Below are positions 51,610 through 64,000 of a stretch of DNA of 64,000 nucleotides, in pieces; the first letter of the stretch is position 1, and each line of letters opens with the position of its first letter. The translations under genes were made by a program, and so were the position numbers. Origin of the DNA: Escherichia coli. GTDB lineage: Bacteria; Pseudomonadota; Gammaproteobacteria; Enterobacterales; Enterobacteriaceae. Location: assembly GCF_003790525.1 (NCBI RefSeq), contig NZ_CP033635.1. One strand, given 5' to 3'. Under the pieces are notes generated by a model that was given only the letters and a program-made list of their open reading frames with translations, was not told the origin of the DNA and did not search any database.

Positions 51610-52458
51610 ATGTCTGATATCACAATCCCTTATCCGGAAGCGGTCAACGGACATACGGACGTTATCTGCTCCACAGATATCCGGCACGTTGTGACGGTAC
51701 GGAATGAAGCACTGCAACAAACCGAAAGGGTTATCCGGCAACTGGCAGAAATCTCAGCAATGACAGAAAGCATAGGCGGTAAAACGGCGCGGGACTGGGC
51801 CGTGAAACAGGATTTTCGCTGTGGCTGCTGGCTGATGGAAAAACCGGAAACCGCAATGAAAGCCATCACCCGGAACCTTGACCGTGAAATCTGGCGTGAC
51901 CTGATGCAACGCTCCGGGATGCTGAGTCTGATGGATGCACAGGCGCGTGATGAATGGTACCGTTCACAGGAGGACGATAATTTCCCGGAAATCAGCGAAG
52001 CGAATATCCTGAGCACGTCTGAACAACTGCACCGTAACAGGGATGAAATGGCTGAACGGGGCGTCATCAACCTCTTCAGGGGACTGAGCCGGACGCAAAA
52101 CAGCGGGTCACCCTGTAAATTCGGCAGCAAGATTATCCTCAACAACCTGGTGAAATGGGACTGGTGGGGATTTGGTCTGAACCATGGCCCGCAGGCCGGG
52201 CGGCTTGCCGACCTGGAAAGAATGTTGTATCTGTTCAGTGGTAAACCCATACCCGATTACAGGGACAATATCCTCATTCGTCTGGATGAGCACATCCGGT
52301 CCGTTCAGGGTGAAGCGTGTTATGAAGATGAGATGTTCAGCATCAGATACTTCAGGAAAGGCTCTGCGCATATCACGTTTAAACACCCGGAACTGGTGGA
52401 GAAGCTGAATGCTGTTCTGGCGAAACATTATTCGGTAAAGTTCCATTCTTCTGTATAA
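51610..52458 (+). CDS. DUF4942-family protein (terminal gene of CP4-type islands)
   Basis: 282 aa. It is the last ORF before the right junction, and it resembles the DUF4942 proteins that end such islands. Confidence 0.65.
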   Translation: MSDITIPYPEAVNGHTDVICSTDIRHVVTVRNEALQQTERVIRQLAEISAMTESIGGKTARDWAVKQDFRCGCWLMEKPETAMKAITRNLDREIWRDLMQRSGMLSLMDAQARDEWYRSQEDDNFPEISEANILSTSEQLHRNRDEMAERGVINLFRGLSRTQNSGSPCKFGSKIILNNLVKWDWWGFGLNHGPQAGRLADLERMLYLFSGKPIPDYRDNILIRLDEHIRSVQGEACYEDEMFSIRYFRKGSAHITFKHPELVEKLNAVLAKHYSVKFHSSV

Positions 52459-52583
52459 ACTTACAGATCACGGGTATTGTGTCTCGTCCTGAACAGGGCC
52501 GACAGGTATACTGCATTCGCTGAGCCATTACAGATAATGCCTCAACTGAGTTCAATCTACCTCCATGTACAACAACAATACGA

Positions 52584-52604
52584 TGGGGGCTACATTGGGG
52601 GCTA
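52584..52604 (+). repeat. tandem TGGGGGCTA repeats (putative arm-type sites), right end
   Basis: TGGGGGCTA at 52584-52592 and 52596-52604, in the same orientation as the left-end pair. Confidence 0.6.
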
Positions 52605-52664
52605 TACTTTCAAGTAAAACTGATATAACCAAGATTAAACAATAAGATAGAGAATTTTCACCAT

Positions 52665-52678
52665 TCCCCTCTGGGGAG
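52665..52678 (+). repeat. island direct repeat, right copy (attR core)
   Basis: TCCCCTCTGGGGAG, identical to 25877-25890. It continues into AGGATTAGGGTGAGGGGCG, the native spacer palindrome. Confidence 0.8.
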
Positions 52679-52765
52679 AGGATTAGGGTGAGGGGCGCAA
52701 ACCCGCTCCGGGGCCATTAATTACCCTGAATTTGATTATTTACACCACGGTAACAGGAACAACAT

Positions 52766-53425
52766 ATGCAGTTTGACTGGAGTGCCATCTGGCCAGCCAT
52801 TCCGCTTCTGATTGAAGGTGCCAAAATGACCCTGTGGATCTCGGTCCTCGGTCTGGCTGGCGGCCTGGTGATCGGATTGCTGGCAGGTTTTGCACGCACC
52901 TTCGGTGGTTGGATAGCCAACCACGTCGCGCTGGTCTTTATTGAAGTGATCCGCGGCACACCTATCGTCGTCCAGGTGATGTTTATCTATTTCGCCCTGC
53001 CGATGGCGTTTAACGACTTACGCATCGACCCGTTTACTGCGGCGGTGGTCACCATCATGATCAACTCTGGCGCGTACATTGCGGAAATCACGCGTGGTGC
53101 GGTGCTGTCTATTCACAAAGGTTTTCGTGAAGCAGGACTGGCGCTCGGTCTTTCACGTTGGGAAACCATTCGCTACGTCATTTTACCGCTGGCACTGCGT
53201 CGTATGCTGCCGCCGCTGGGTAACCAGTGGATCATCAGCATTAAAGACACCTCGCTGTTTATTGTTATCGGTGTGGCGGAACTGACCCGTCAGGGGCAAG
53301 AAATTATTGCCGGTAACTTCCGCGCCCTTGAGATCTGGAGCGCCGTGGCGGTGTTCTATCTGATTATTACCCTGGTGCTGAGCTTTATTCTGCGTCGTCT
53401 GGAAAGAAGGATGAAAATCCTGTGA
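52766..53425 (+). CDS. glnP: glutamine ABC transporter permease GlnP
   Basis: 219-aa permease with an EAA loop ([21 protein letters not shown]). Confidence 0.96.
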
Positions 53426-54144
53426 TTGAATTTAAAAACGTCTCCAAGCATTTTGGTCCAACCCAGGTGCTGCACAATATCGATTTGAACATTGCTCAGG
53501 GCGAAGTCGTGGTGATTATCGGGCCGTCCGGTTCCGGTAAATCGACCCTGCTGCGCTGCATCAACAAACTGGAAGAAATCACTTCCGGCGATCTGATTGT
53601 CGATGGCCTGAAGGTTAACGATCCGAAAGTTGACGAGCGCCTGATTCGCCAGGAAGCAGGTATGGTGTTCCAGCAGTTTTACCTCTTCCCGCATCTGACG
53701 GCGCTGGAAAACGTCATGTTTGGTCCGCTACGCGTGCGTGGCGCGAACAAAGAAGAGGCGGAAAAACTGGCGCGTGAGCTGCTGGCGAAAGTCGGTCTGG
53801 CAGAACGTGCACATCACTACCCTTCCGAACTTTCTGGTGGTCAACAGCAGCGTGTGGCGATCGCACGCGCGCTGGCGGTGAAGCCGAAAATGATGCTGTT
53901 TGATGAACCGACTTCCGCTCTTGACCCGGAACTGCGCCATGAAGTGCTGAAGGTTATGCAGGATCTGGCTGAAGAAGGGATGACGATGGTGATCGTGACA
54001 CACGAAATCGGTTTTGCCGAGAAAGTAGCTTCGCGCCTGATCTTTATCGACAAAGGCCGGATTGCGGAAGATGGCGATCCGCAGGTGTTGATCAAGAACC
54101 CACCGAGCCAGCGCTTGCAGGAATTTTTGCAGCACGTCTCTTAA
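53422..54144 (+). CDS. glnQ: glutamine ABC transporter ATP-binding protein GlnQ
   Basis: 240 aa with Walker [10 protein letters not shown] and signature LSGGQQQR. 4-nt overlap with glnP. Confidence 0.96.
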
Positions 54145-54260
54145 CTTCTCAGCCTCCCTTTCCCCCGAAAGGGAGGCACACCAGATTCCTCTCATTTAAA
54201 ATCGCCCCTCCTCCAGCATCTATACTTATCTTTTTGCTCTGTTTTCTCACTGGAGGAGTC

Positions 54261-56486
54261 ATGCGGTGGATCCTGTTCATCCTCTTCTGCCTGCTGGGCG
54301 CACCTGCCCACGCGGTATCCATACCCGGCGTTACAACCACAACGACAACGGACTCAACGACTGAACCGGCCCCGGAACCGGATATCGAACAAAAAAAAGC
54401 GGCCTATGGCGCACTGGCGGATGTGCTGGATAATGACACCTCGCGTAAAGAGTTGATCGACCAGTTGCGCACCGTCGCCGCGACGCCCCCGGCAGAACCC
54501 GTACCGAAGATCGTGCCGCCGACGCTGGTTGAAGAGCAAACCGTGCTGCAAAAGGTCACCGAAGTCAGCCGCCATTATGGTGAAGCCCTTTCCGCCCGCT
54601 TCGGGCAACTTTATCGCAATATCACCGGCTCCCCGCATAAGCCGTTTAATCCACAAACCTTCAGCAATGCGTTGACCCATTTTTCAATGTTAGCGGTATT
54701 AGTGTTTGTTTTTTACTGGCTGATTCGCCTGTGCGCACTTCCGCTGTATCGCAAAATGGGCCAGTGGGCGCGGCAAAAAAATCGTGAGCGCAGTAACTGG
54801 TTGCAGCTTCCGGCGATGATTATCGGGGCGTTTATTATCGACCTGCTGTTACTGGCACTGACATTGTTTGTCGGCCAGGTATTAAGCGACAACCTGAATG
54901 CGGGCAGTCGCACCATCGCTTTCCAACAAAGTTTGTTTCTCAACGCCTTTGCCCTGATTGAATTTTTCAAAGCCGTACTACGCCTGATTTTTTGCCCAAA
55001 CGTGGCTGAACTGCGCCCGTTCACGATTCATGACGAGACCGCCCGTTACTGGAGCCGTCGCCTGAGCTGGTTAAGCAGCCTGATTGGCTATGGCCTGATT
55101 GTGGCCGTGCCGATTATCTCTAATCAGGTGAATGTACAGATAGGTGCGCTGGCGAACGTCATCATTATGCTGTGCATGACGGTCTGGGCGCTGTACCTGA
55201 TCTTTCGTAATAAAAAAGAGATTACCCAGCATTTGCTCAACTTCGCGGAGCATTCGCTGGCCTTTTTCAGCCTGTTTATCCGCGCCTTTGCGCTGGTGTG
55301 GCACTGGCTGGCAAGCGCCTATTTTATCGTGCTGTTTTTCTTTTCGTTGTTCGATCCGGGCAACAGCCTGAAATTTATGATGGGTGCAACGGTGCGCAGC
55401 CTGGCGATTATTGGTATCGCAGCATTTGTTTCCGGTATGTTTTCCCGCTGGCTGGCGAAAACCATCACCCTCTCGCCACATACTCAGCGTAACTATCCGG
55501 AGCTGCAAAAACGGTTGAATGGCTGGCTGTCGGCGGCGCTGAAAACGGCGCGTATTCTGACAGTCTGCGTGGCGGTAATGCTGCTGTTGAGCGCATGGGG
55601 ATTGTTCGATTTCTGGAACTGGCTGCAAAACGGCGCGGGGCAGAAAACCGTAGATATCCTGATCCGTATCGCACTCATTCTTTTCTTCTCGGCGGTTGGC
55701 TGGACAGTGCTCGCCAGTTTGATCGAAAACCGGCTGGCTTCGGATATTCATGGCCGCCCGCTACCCAGCGCCCGTACGCGTACCCTGCTGACGCTGTTTC
55801 GTAACGCGCTGGCGGTGATTATCAGTACCATCACCATCATGATTGTGTTGTCGGAAATCGGCGTTAATATCGCGCCATTGCTGGCAGGTGCCGGGGCATT
55901 AGGTCTGGCTATCTCGTTTGGTTCGCAAACGCTGGTGAAAGATATTATCACCGGGGTATTTATTCAGTTTGAAAACGGCATGAACACTGGAGATTTGGTG
56001 ACTATCGGGCCGTTGACCGGCACTGTGGAACGGATGTCGATTCGCTCCGTGGGCGTGCGTCAGGATACCGGGGCGTATCACATCATTCCGTGGTCTTCGA
56101 TAACTACCTTTGCTAACTTCGTCCGCGGCATTGGTTCGGTGGTGGCAAATTACGATGTTGATCGCCATGAAGATGCTGATAAAGCCAATCAGGCACTGAA
56201 AGATGCGGTAGCGGAATTAATGGAAAACGAAGAAATTCGCGGGCTGATTATTGGTGAACCGAATTTTGCCGGGATTGTCGGCTTAAGCAATACCGCGTTT
56301 ACACTGCGTGTTTCGTTCACCACGCTGCCACTCAAACAGTGGACGGTCCGCTTTGCCCTCGACAGCCAGGTGAAAAAACATTTCGACCTGGCGGGCGTTC
56401 GCGCGCCAGTGCAGACTTATCAGGTGCTGCCTGCTCCGGGCGCGACCCCGGCTGAACCGTTGCCGCCGGGGGAACCAACGCTTTAA
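54261..56486 (+). CDS. ybiO: MscS-family mechanosensitive channel YbiO
   Basis: ATG 54261 gives [18 protein letters not shown] (741 aa), multi-TM with a C-terminal MscS domain. Confidence 0.93.
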   Translation: MRWILFILFCLLGAPAHAVSIPGVTTTTTTDSTTEPAPEPDIEQKKAAYGALADVLDNDTSRKELIDQLRTVAATPPAEPVPKIVPPTLVEEQTVLQKVTEVSRHYGEALSARFGQLYRNITGSPHKPFNPQTFSNALTHFSMLAVLVFVFYWLIRLCALPLYRKMGQWARQKNRERSNWLQLPAMIIGAFIIDLLLLALTLFVGQVLSDNLNAGSRTIAFQQSLFLNAFALIEFFKAVLRLIFCPNVAELRPFTIHDETARYWSRRLSWLSSLIGYGLIVAVPIISNQVNVQIGALANVIIMLCMTVWALYLIFRNKKEITQHLLNFAEHSLAFFSLFIRAFALVWHWLASAYFIVLFFFSLFDPGNSLKFMMGATVRSLAIIGIAAFVSGMFSRWLAKTITLSPHTQRNYPELQKRLNGWLSAALKTARILTVCVAVMLLLSAWGLFDFWNWLQNGAGQKTVDILIRIALILFFSAVGWTVLASLIENRLASDIHGRPLPSARTRTLLTLFRNALAVIISTITIMIVLSEIGVNIAPLLAGAGALGLAISFGSQTLVKDIITGVFIQFENGMNTGDLVTIGPLTGTVERMSIRSVGVRQDTGAYHIIPWSSITTFANFVRGIGSVVANYDVDRHEDADKANQALKDAVAELMENEEIRGLIIGEPNFAGIVGLSNTAFTLRVSFTTLPLKQWTVRFALDSQVKKHFDLAGVRAPVQTYQVLPAPGATPAEPLPPGEPTL

Positions 56487-57409
56487 CGCTGGCGATTGAC
56501 AAAACGGCGGCGCTGCTCGTCGTTCATAAAGGTCCAGGCTATAAAGCGGCTCTGCTTTTGCCCCTGGGCCATCTCTTTTTTGACCACTTTCACCGCGCCC
56601 ACTTCCGTCAGAGCACGATACAACGGCGGTAAGTTTTCGCCACGAGATACCAGCGAGGTAAACCACATCACCTGCTTCGCGAAGCCTTTGCTCTCTTCAA
56701 TCATCTTTTTAATAAAAGCGACTTCACCGCCTTCACACCACAACTCCTGTTGCTGACCACCAAAATTCAGTGCATCGTCTTTGTTTAGCCCCAGGTTACG
56801 GCGTTTACGTTCACTACCTGCCCGTGCCGCAGCGGCGGAATCGTGGAATGGCGGGTTACACAAGGTCGCGTCGTATTGCTCGTTTTTATGGATGATGCCG
56901 TTAAAAATCGCCCCACTCTCTTTTTGCCGACGCAGACGAATGGCGCGGTTAAGCCCCGGATTAGCACTGATGATCGCCTGCGCACTGCTTAACGCCTGGC
57001 TGCTGGTTTCACTACCAGTAAAACGCCAGCCATATTCATGTACGCCAATCAGCGGATAAATACAGTTCGCACCAACGCCGATATCCAGAATGCTGGCATT
57101 AGCTAGAATTGATCCTGTTGCTTCTGCCAGTAAATCGGCAAGGTGATGAATATAATCCGCCCGGCCCGGTACTGGTGGGCAGAGAAAACCGTCGGGGATA
57201 TCCCAGTTCGCTACGGCGTAAAAATGGGCCAGCAACGCCTTATTGAGCGCCTTCACCGCCAGCGGATTGGCAAAGTCTACGCTTTGCTCCCCGGCGGGTG
57301 TAAGCGTGAGGAATTGCCTGAGTTCAGGATTGACCTGACAAAGCGTGGCGAGATCGTAGCGGCTGTGATGACGGTTGCGCGGATGCAACCCCGGTTTCTG
57401 GGCGGACAT
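56483..57409 (-). CDS. rlmF: 23S rRNA m6A1618 methyltransferase RlmF (YbiN)
   Basis: Start at [19 protein letters not shown] (308 aa) with the NPPF catalytic motif (CNPPFH). Convergent 4-nt overlap with the ybiO stop. Confidence 0.93.
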   Translation of the reverse strand: MSAQKPGLHPRNRHHSRYDLATLCQVNPELRQFLTLTPAGEQSVDFANPLAVKALNKALLAHFYAVANWDIPDGFLCPPVPGRADYIHHLADLLAEATGSILANASILDIGVGANCIYPLIGVHEYGWRFTGSETSSQALSSAQAIISANPGLNRAIRLRRQKESGAIFNGIIHKNEQYDATLCNPPFHDSAAAARAGSERKRRNLGLNKDDALNFGGQQQELWCEGGEVAFIKKMIEESKGFAKQVMWFTSLVSRGENLPPLYRALTEVGAVKVVKKEMAQGQKQSRFIAWTFMNDEQRRRFVNRQR

Positions 57410-57684
57410 AGCATTCTCCTTTAAGCAGCGGCGTAAGATACCCGCATAACGCGACAGGGTAAATATCTGGCTGCGTTTATCATTTCTATAAACCTTCACA
57501 TGGCTATGTTTTATGGCAATTCATCATAAAAATCAGCATTATGCATATCATTGATTTGTCTTGTTTTGTAAAAATATATCGTTCAAAAAACAAGCACATC
57601 TCTGTCAATTTTTTGCGTCATTTTCATCGCCCAGGCGACCTACACTTATCAGGCACTACCCGTTGTATTTATGAGGATGTCATT

Positions 57685-57945
57685 ATGAAAAAGTGCCTCA
57701 CACTACTGATTGCCACCGTCCTGAGCGGAATCTCTCTCACGGCTTATGCCGCGCAACCGATGAGTAACCTGGACAGCGGTCAGCTACGGCCCGCCGGTAC
57801 CGTTTCGGCAACTGGCGCATCAAACCTAAGCGATCTGGAGGATAAACTGGCAGAAAAAGCGCGCGAACAAGGCGCGAAAGGTTATGTCATTAATTCCGCA
57901 GGCGGAAATGACCAGATGTTCGGTACTGCAATCATCTACAAATAA
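57685..57945 (+). CDS. mcbA: YhcN/DUF1471-family periplasmic protein McbA (YbiM)
   Basis: ATG 57685 gives MKKCLTLLIATVLSGISLTAYA (86 aa), ending GTAIIYK. Confidence 0.9.
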   Translation: MKKCLTLLIATVLSGISLTAYAAQPMSNLDSGQLRPAGTVSATGASNLSDLEDKLAEKAREQGAKGYVINSAGGNDQMFGTAIIYK

Positions 57946-58080
57946 CCCCACCAACGTAACTGCATTCGCCTCTGGATGCAGTTTTCGTCCGATTTGTAAG
58001 CAAAAAACATCAAATATGAACGCAATGTAAATAAATGTATTTCTTTTTCGCGCAATGGGTGATAGAAAATCGCGCCAAGT

Positions 58081-58107
58081 GATAATGCTTATCAAAATTA
58101 TTATCAC
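58081..58107 (+). promoter_or_regulatory. Fur box upstream of fiu
   Basis: GATAATGCTTATCAAAATTATTATCAC resembles the GATAATGATAATCATTATC consensus, ~100 nt upstream of the fiu start. Confidence 0.7.
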
Positions 58108-58209
58108 TTGCACGAACGCTATCACGAGATTAACAATGGCATCGCATCCGCAGAGATGCTTTCTCGTGGCAGTGAAAATTTCAACATATAAGAAAAAGTC
58201 ACCTGCAAA

Positions 58210-60492
58210 ATGGAAAACAATCGCAATTTCCCTGCCAGACAATTTCATTCGCTCACGTTCTTTGCCGGTCTTTGTATTGGCATCACGCCTGTGGCTCAGG
58301 CTCTCGCCGCCGAAGGGCAAATTAACGCGGATGACACGCTGGTTGTCGAAGCATCAACGCCTTCGCTTTATGCGCCACAACAATCTGCCGATCCGAAATT
58401 CTCGCGTCCGGTAGCGGATACTACCCGCACGATGACGGTGATTTCTGAACAAGTGATTAAAGATCAGGGTGCAACCAACCTTACCGACGCGCTCAAAAAC
58501 GTCCCCGGCGTGGGTGCGTTTTTTGCGGGTGAGAACGGTAACTCCACCACTGGCGACGCCATTTATATGCGTGGTGCCGATACCTCTAACAGTATTTATA
58601 TTGATGGCATTCGCGATATCGGCAGCGTCTCGCGCGACACCTTCAATACCGAGCAGGTCGAAGTGATTAAAGGGCCGTCCGGCACCGACTACGGGCGCAG
58701 CGCACCGACGGGCTCGATCAATATGATCAGCAAGCAGCCGCGCAATGATTCGGGCATTGACGCCTCCGCGAGTATTGGCAGCGCCTGGTTCCGCCGCGGC
58801 ACGCTGGACGTCAATCAGGTCATTGGTGATACCACCGCGGTGCGCCTGAATGTAATGGGCGAAAAAACGCACGATGCCGGACGCGACAAAGTCAAAAATG
58901 AGCGTTACGGCGTCGCCCCTTCTGTCGCTTTTGGCCTTGGTACAGCGAATCGTTTGTATCTTAATTATCTGCATGTCACCCAGCACAACACGCCAGACGG
59001 TGGCATTCCGACTATCGGTTTACCGGGCTATTCTGCCCCATCTGCGGGAACAGCGGCCCTGAATCATTCCGGAAAAGTTGATACGCATAACTTTTACGGC
59101 ACGGATTCCGATTACGACGATTCGACCACCGACACCGCTACCATGCGTTTTGAGCACGACATCAACGATAACACCACCATTCGCAATACTACCCGTTGGT
59201 CGCGCGTGAAGCAGGATTACCTGATGACGGCGATTATGGGTGGGGCGTCGAATATTACCCAGCCCACCAGCGATGTGAATAGCTGGACGTGGTCACGCAC
59301 GGCGAATACCAAAGATGTGAGTAACAAAATTCTCACCAACCAGACCAACCTGACCTCGACGTTCTATACCGGCGCTATCGGTCATGATGTCAGTACCGGC
59401 GTGGAATTTACCCGTGAAACGCAGACTAACTATGGCGTTAATCCGGTGACGTTACCGGCGGTAAATATTTATCATCCTGACAGCAGCATTCATCCCGGCG
59501 GCCTGACGCGCAACGGCGCAAACGCCAATGGTCAGACGGATACCTTCGCAATTTACGCCTTCGATACGCTGCAAATCACCCGTGATTTTGAGCTGAACGG
59601 CGGGATCCGTCTGGATAATTATCATACTGAATATGACAGTGCCACCGCCTGCGGCGGCAGCGGACGCGGTGCCATCACCTGCCCAGCTGGTGTGGCAAAA
59701 GGTTCTCCGGTCACCACCGTCGACACCGCCAGGTCGGGCAATCTGGTGAACTGGAAAGCCGGGGCGCTGTATCACCTGACGGAAAACGGCAATGTCTATA
59801 TTAACTATGCCGTTTCCCAGCAGCCTCCGGGCGGCAACAACTTCGCCCTTGCGCAGTCTGGCAGCGGTAACAGTGCCAACCGCACCGATTTTAAACCGCA
59901 AAAAGCCAACACCAGCGAGATTGGCACCAAATGGCAGGTTCTGGATAAACGCCTGTTGCTCACCGCCGCGCTGTTCCGTACTGATATCGAAAATGAAGTT
60001 GAGCAAAATGATGACGGAACTTACTCGCAATACGGTAAGAAACGCGTCGAAGGCTATGAGATATCCGGGGCCGGGAATATCACCCCCGCGTGGCAGGTGA
60101 TTGGCGGCTATACCCAGCAAAAAGCAACCATCAAAAACGGCAAAGATGTTGCCCAAGATGGTTCCTCATCGCTGCCCTATACGCCGGAGCACGCCTTTAC
60201 CTTATGGAGCCAATATCAGGCAACCGATGATATTTCCGTTGGTGCGGGCGCACGGTATATCGGCAGTATGCATAAAGGTTCTGACGGCGCGGTGGGAACG
60301 CCAGCGTTTACCGAAGGTTATTGGGTCGCCGACGCTAAACTGGGGTATCGGGTTAATCGCAATCTCGACTTCCAGCTAAACGTCTACAACCTGTTTGATA
60401 CCGATTACGTCGCCTCAATCAACAAGAGCGGCTACCGTTATCACCCGGGCGAGCCAAGAACCTTCTTGCTCACGGCCAATATGCATTTCTGA
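58210..60492 (+). CDS. fiu: TonB-dependent catecholate siderophore receptor Fiu
   Basis: 760 aa with a signal peptide, a TonB box/plug region and a C-terminal ...LLTANMHF. Confidence 0.95.
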   Translation: MENNRNFPARQFHSLTFFAGLCIGITPVAQALAAEGQINADDTLVVEASTPSLYAPQQSADPKFSRPVADTTRTMTVISEQVIKDQGATNLTDALKNVPGVGAFFAGENGNSTTGDAIYMRGADTSNSIYIDGIRDIGSVSRDTFNTEQVEVIKGPSGTDYGRSAPTGSINMISKQPRNDSGIDASASIGSAWFRRGTLDVNQVIGDTTAVRLNVMGEKTHDAGRDKVKNERYGVAPSVAFGLGTANRLYLNYLHVTQHNTPDGGIPTIGLPGYSAPSAGTAALNHSGKVDTHNFYGTDSDYDDSTTDTATMRFEHDINDNTTIRNTTRWSRVKQDYLMTAIMGGASNITQPTSDVNSWTWSRTANTKDVSNKILTNQTNLTSTFYTGAIGHDVSTGVEFTRETQTNYGVNPVTLPAVNIYHPDSSIHPGGLTRNGANANGQTDTFAIYAFDTLQITRDFELNGGIRLDNYHTEYDSATACGGSGRGAITCPAGVAKGSPVTTVDTARSGNLVNWKAGALYHLTENGNVYINYAVSQQPPGGNNFALAQSGSGNSANRTDFKPQKANTSEIGTKWQVLDKRLLLTAALFRTDIENEVEQNDDGTYSQYGKKRVEGYEISGAGNITPAWQVIGGYTQQKATIKNGKDVAQDGSSSLPYTPEHAFTLWSQYQATDDISVGAGARYIGSMHKGSDGAVGTPAFTEGYWVADAKLGYRVNRNLDFQLNVYNLFDTDYVASINKSGYRYHPGEPRTFLLTANMHF

Positions 60493-60533
60493 TTCAGATG
60501 TGGGGCGCAGGCCCCACTTTTTGGAGAACTTGT

Positions 60534-61211
60534 ATGATGTACCACATTCCCGGCGTGCTATCGCCACAGGACGTCGCCCGGTTTCGCGAACAACTGGAAC
60601 AAGCCGAATGGGTGGATGGACGCGTCACCACCGGCGCACAAGGTGCGCAAGTTAAGAACAATCAACAGGTAGACACCCGCAGCACGTTATACGCCGCCCT
60701 GCAAAATGAGGTGCTGAACGCGGTTAATCAACATGCTTTATTCTTTGCCGCGGCCTTGCCGCGTACCCTTTCCACGCCGCTGTTTAATCGCTATCAGAAC
60801 AATGAAACCTATGGTTTCCATGTGGATGGCGCAGTACGCAGCCATCCACAAAACGGCTGGATGCGCACTGACCTTTCTGCCACGCTGTTTTTAAGCGATC
60901 CAGAAAGCTACGACGGCGGCGAACTGGTCGTTAATGACACCTTCGGGCAACATCGGGTAAAACTCCCGGCAGGCGATCTGGTGTTGTATCCCTCCAGCAG
61001 CCTGCATTGCGTGACACCCGTAACCCGCGGCGTGCGAGTGGCATCATTTATGTGGATCCAGTCGATGATCCGCGATGATAAAAAGCGCGCCATGCTGTTT
61101 GAACTGGACAACAATATTCAGTCGCTGAAAAGCCACTACGGCGAAAGTGAAGAGATCCTGTCGCTGCTCAATCTTTATCATAATCTGCTGCGGGAATGGT
61201 CGGAGATCTGA
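60534..61211 (+). CDS. ybiX: PKHD-type Fe(II)/2-oxoglutarate hydroxylase YbiX
   Basis: Start [17 protein letters not shown] (225 aa) with HVDG...H iron ligands. Confidence 0.92.
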   Translation: MMYHIPGVLSPQDVARFREQLEQAEWVDGRVTTGAQGAQVKNNQQVDTRSTLYAALQNEVLNAVNQHALFFAAALPRTLSTPLFNRYQNNETYGFHVDGAVRSHPQNGWMRTDLSATLFLSDPESYDGGELVVNDTFGQHRVKLPAGDLVLYPSSSLHCVTPVTRGVRVASFMWIQSMIRDDKKRAMLFELDNNIQSLKSHYGESEEILSLLNLYHNLLREWSEI

Positions 61212-61284
61212 CGCTTGAACTGCCCGAGTTCGTCCCTATATTAGCTACACTTAACTGTACAAGCATTGATATGGGGAGGACGAT

Positions 61285-61551
61285 ATGGCATCCGGTTGGG
61301 CTAACGATGACGCCGTCAACGAACAGATCAACAGTACAATTGAAGATGCGATTGCTCGTGCCCGGGGTGAAATTCCGCGTGGCGAGAGCCTGTATGAATG
61401 TGAAGAGTGCGGCGCCCCCATCCCGCAGGCCCGTCGGGAAGCCATTCCTGGCGTGCGCTTATGCATTCATTGTCAGCAGGATAAAGATTTACAAAAATCA
61501 GCTTATACAGGATATAATCGCAGAGGTTCGAAAGACAGCCAGTTACGTTAA
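61285..61551 (+). CDS. ybiI: DksA/TraR-family C4 zinc-finger protein YbiI
   Basis: 88 aa with CEECGAPIPQARREAIPGVRLCIHC. Confidence 0.92.
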   Translation: MASGWANDDAVNEQINSTIEDAIARARGEIPRGESLYECEECGAPIPQARREAIPGVRLCIHCQQDKDLQKSAYTGYNRRGSKDSQLR

Positions 61552-61815
61552 CTACAACTGGCGGGATGTATAGCGAGTATAATTTGTGTTTTGCGTGGCA
61601 TTCCGTGCCTTTAACGCTGTCGTGACTGCCACGCTGCATAAAACAAGTCCATAAGTTCAACAAATAAATGGATTATCAGTATGTTAGATATCAATCAATT
61701 TATTTGAACAAGGCGGTCAATTCTCTTCGATTTTATCTCTCGTAAAAAAACGTGATACTCATCACATCGACGAAACAACGTCACTTATACAAAAATCACC
61801 TGCGAGAGATTAATT

Positions 61816-62076
61816 ATGAAAACTATCAATACTGTTGTTGCTGCTATGGCTCTTTCAACTCTGTCATTTGGCGTGTTCGCGGCGGAACCGGTAACGACAT
61901 CCCAGGCACAGAACATGAATAAAATCGGCGTGGTTTCTGCCGATGGCGCATCCACCCTCGATGCCCTGGAAGCGAAACTGGCTGAGAAAGCCGCGGCGGC
62001 CGGTGCCAGTGGATACAGCATCACTTCTGCCACCAACAACAATAAATTAAGCGGTACTGCGGTAATTTATAAGTAA
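61816..62076 (+). CDS. ybiJ: YhcN/DUF1471-family periplasmic protein YbiJ
   Basis: 86 aa with a signal peptide, ending GTAVIYK. Paralog of mcbA. Confidence 0.92.
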   Translation: MKTINTVVAAMALSTLSFGVFAAEPVTTSQAQNMNKIGVVSADGASTLDALEAKLAEKAAAAGASGYSITSATNNNKLSGTAVIYK

Positions 62077-62187
62077 TTCGTATGCTAGATCAGGCGTTTA
62101 CGCTACATTCAGCACAAGTATTTCCCTGTCTGTTTGCCGACAGACGCATATGCTCTAACCCTCATTGATCCTATGTTACCCTTGTTT

Positions 62188-62214
62188 GCCCGTCCGCCAC
62201 TGGACGGGCTTTTT

Positions 62215-62216
<2 letters not shown>
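62188..62216 (+). terminator. rho-independent terminator downstream of ybiJ
   Basis: GCCCGTCC-gccact-GGACGGGC followed by TTTTTTT. The T-run overlaps the ybiC stop codon on the other strand. Confidence 0.8.
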
Positions 62217-63434
<1,218 letters not shown>

Positions 63435-63440
63435 AAAGAA

Positions 63441-64000
<560 letters not shown>

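Larger units (their letters stand above)
25877..52678. mobile_element. ~26.8 kb integrative genomic island (P4-type integrase, CP4-like backbone) in the glnH-glnP spacer
   Basis: Bounded by the 14-bp direct repeat TCCCCTCTGGGGAG. The integrase sits at the left end and a CP4-type conserved module at the right end. Composition and IS content differ from the flanks, and the flanking sequences rejoin into a plausible uninterrupted spacer. Confidence 0.9.

Noticed and set aside
51630-52250. 206-aa minus-strand ORF
   Set aside because: It is antisense to the DUF4942-like gene, which matches the expected terminal gene of CP4-type islands.
55071-55751. 226-aa minus-strand ORF, plus several smaller ones in 54.3-56.7 kb
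   Set aside because: They are antisense within ybiO/rlmF, have no motifs and are Arg/Gln-rich shadow frames.
58354-60156. 210-aa and 234-aa minus-strand ORFs
   Set aside because: Both lie inside fiu on the opposite strand. The TonB-dependent receptor frame is unambiguous.

Overview
Calls rest on reading the sequence and recalling protein families. No database search or HMM was run, so island gene functions are hypotheses. This is an Escherichia coli/Shigella-type chromosome segment. It is colinear, in inverted orientation, with the K-12 gsiABCD-to-ybiB region: pdeI', gsiDCBA, iaaA, moeAB, fsaA, ybiY-ybiW, ybiV, ybiU, ybiT, ldtB, ybiR, mntR, mntS, opgE, ompX, rhtA, dps, glnH, then glnPQ, ybiO, rlmF, mcbA, fiu, ybiX, ybiI, ybiJ, ybiC, ybiB'. 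The one large departure is a ~26.8 kb island (25877-52678) with a P4-type integrase. It sits in the glnH-glnP spacer, so it splits the glnHPQ operon, and it is bounded by a 14-bp direct repeat and by TGGGGGCTA repeats at both ends. The island is a mosaic with four parts. (1) The integrase and a TPR-like gene. (2) An AT-rich cell-envelope gene block bracketed by IS remnants: EcsC-family protein, Zn-ribbon ORFs, an outer-membrane beta-barrel, a YebF-like protein, a DolP/YraP-like BON lipoprotein and DoxX. (3) An orphan sitA with Fur and MntR operators, sitB truncated at codon ~46 (sitCD absent) next to IS66-family remnant sequence, an Rpn-family nuclease, IS2, and IS1/IS256 remnants. (4) A CP4-type backbone: AlpA, three inovirus-Gp2-like paralogs, a YeeP-like GTPase, DUF932, KlcA-like antirestriction, RadC-like, DUF987, a CbeA/CbtA toxin-antitoxin pair, DUF5983, DUF957 and DUF4942. 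This backbone carries a 1.6-kb strand-asymmetric non-coding tract and an AT-rich orphan 407-aa gene. The most plausible places for undescribed biology are the orphan 407-aa gene, the EcsC/Zn-ribbon/OMP gene string, the Rpn nuclease with a possible intragenic small ORF, and the non-coding tract. No rRNA, tRNA or CRISPR array was seen.
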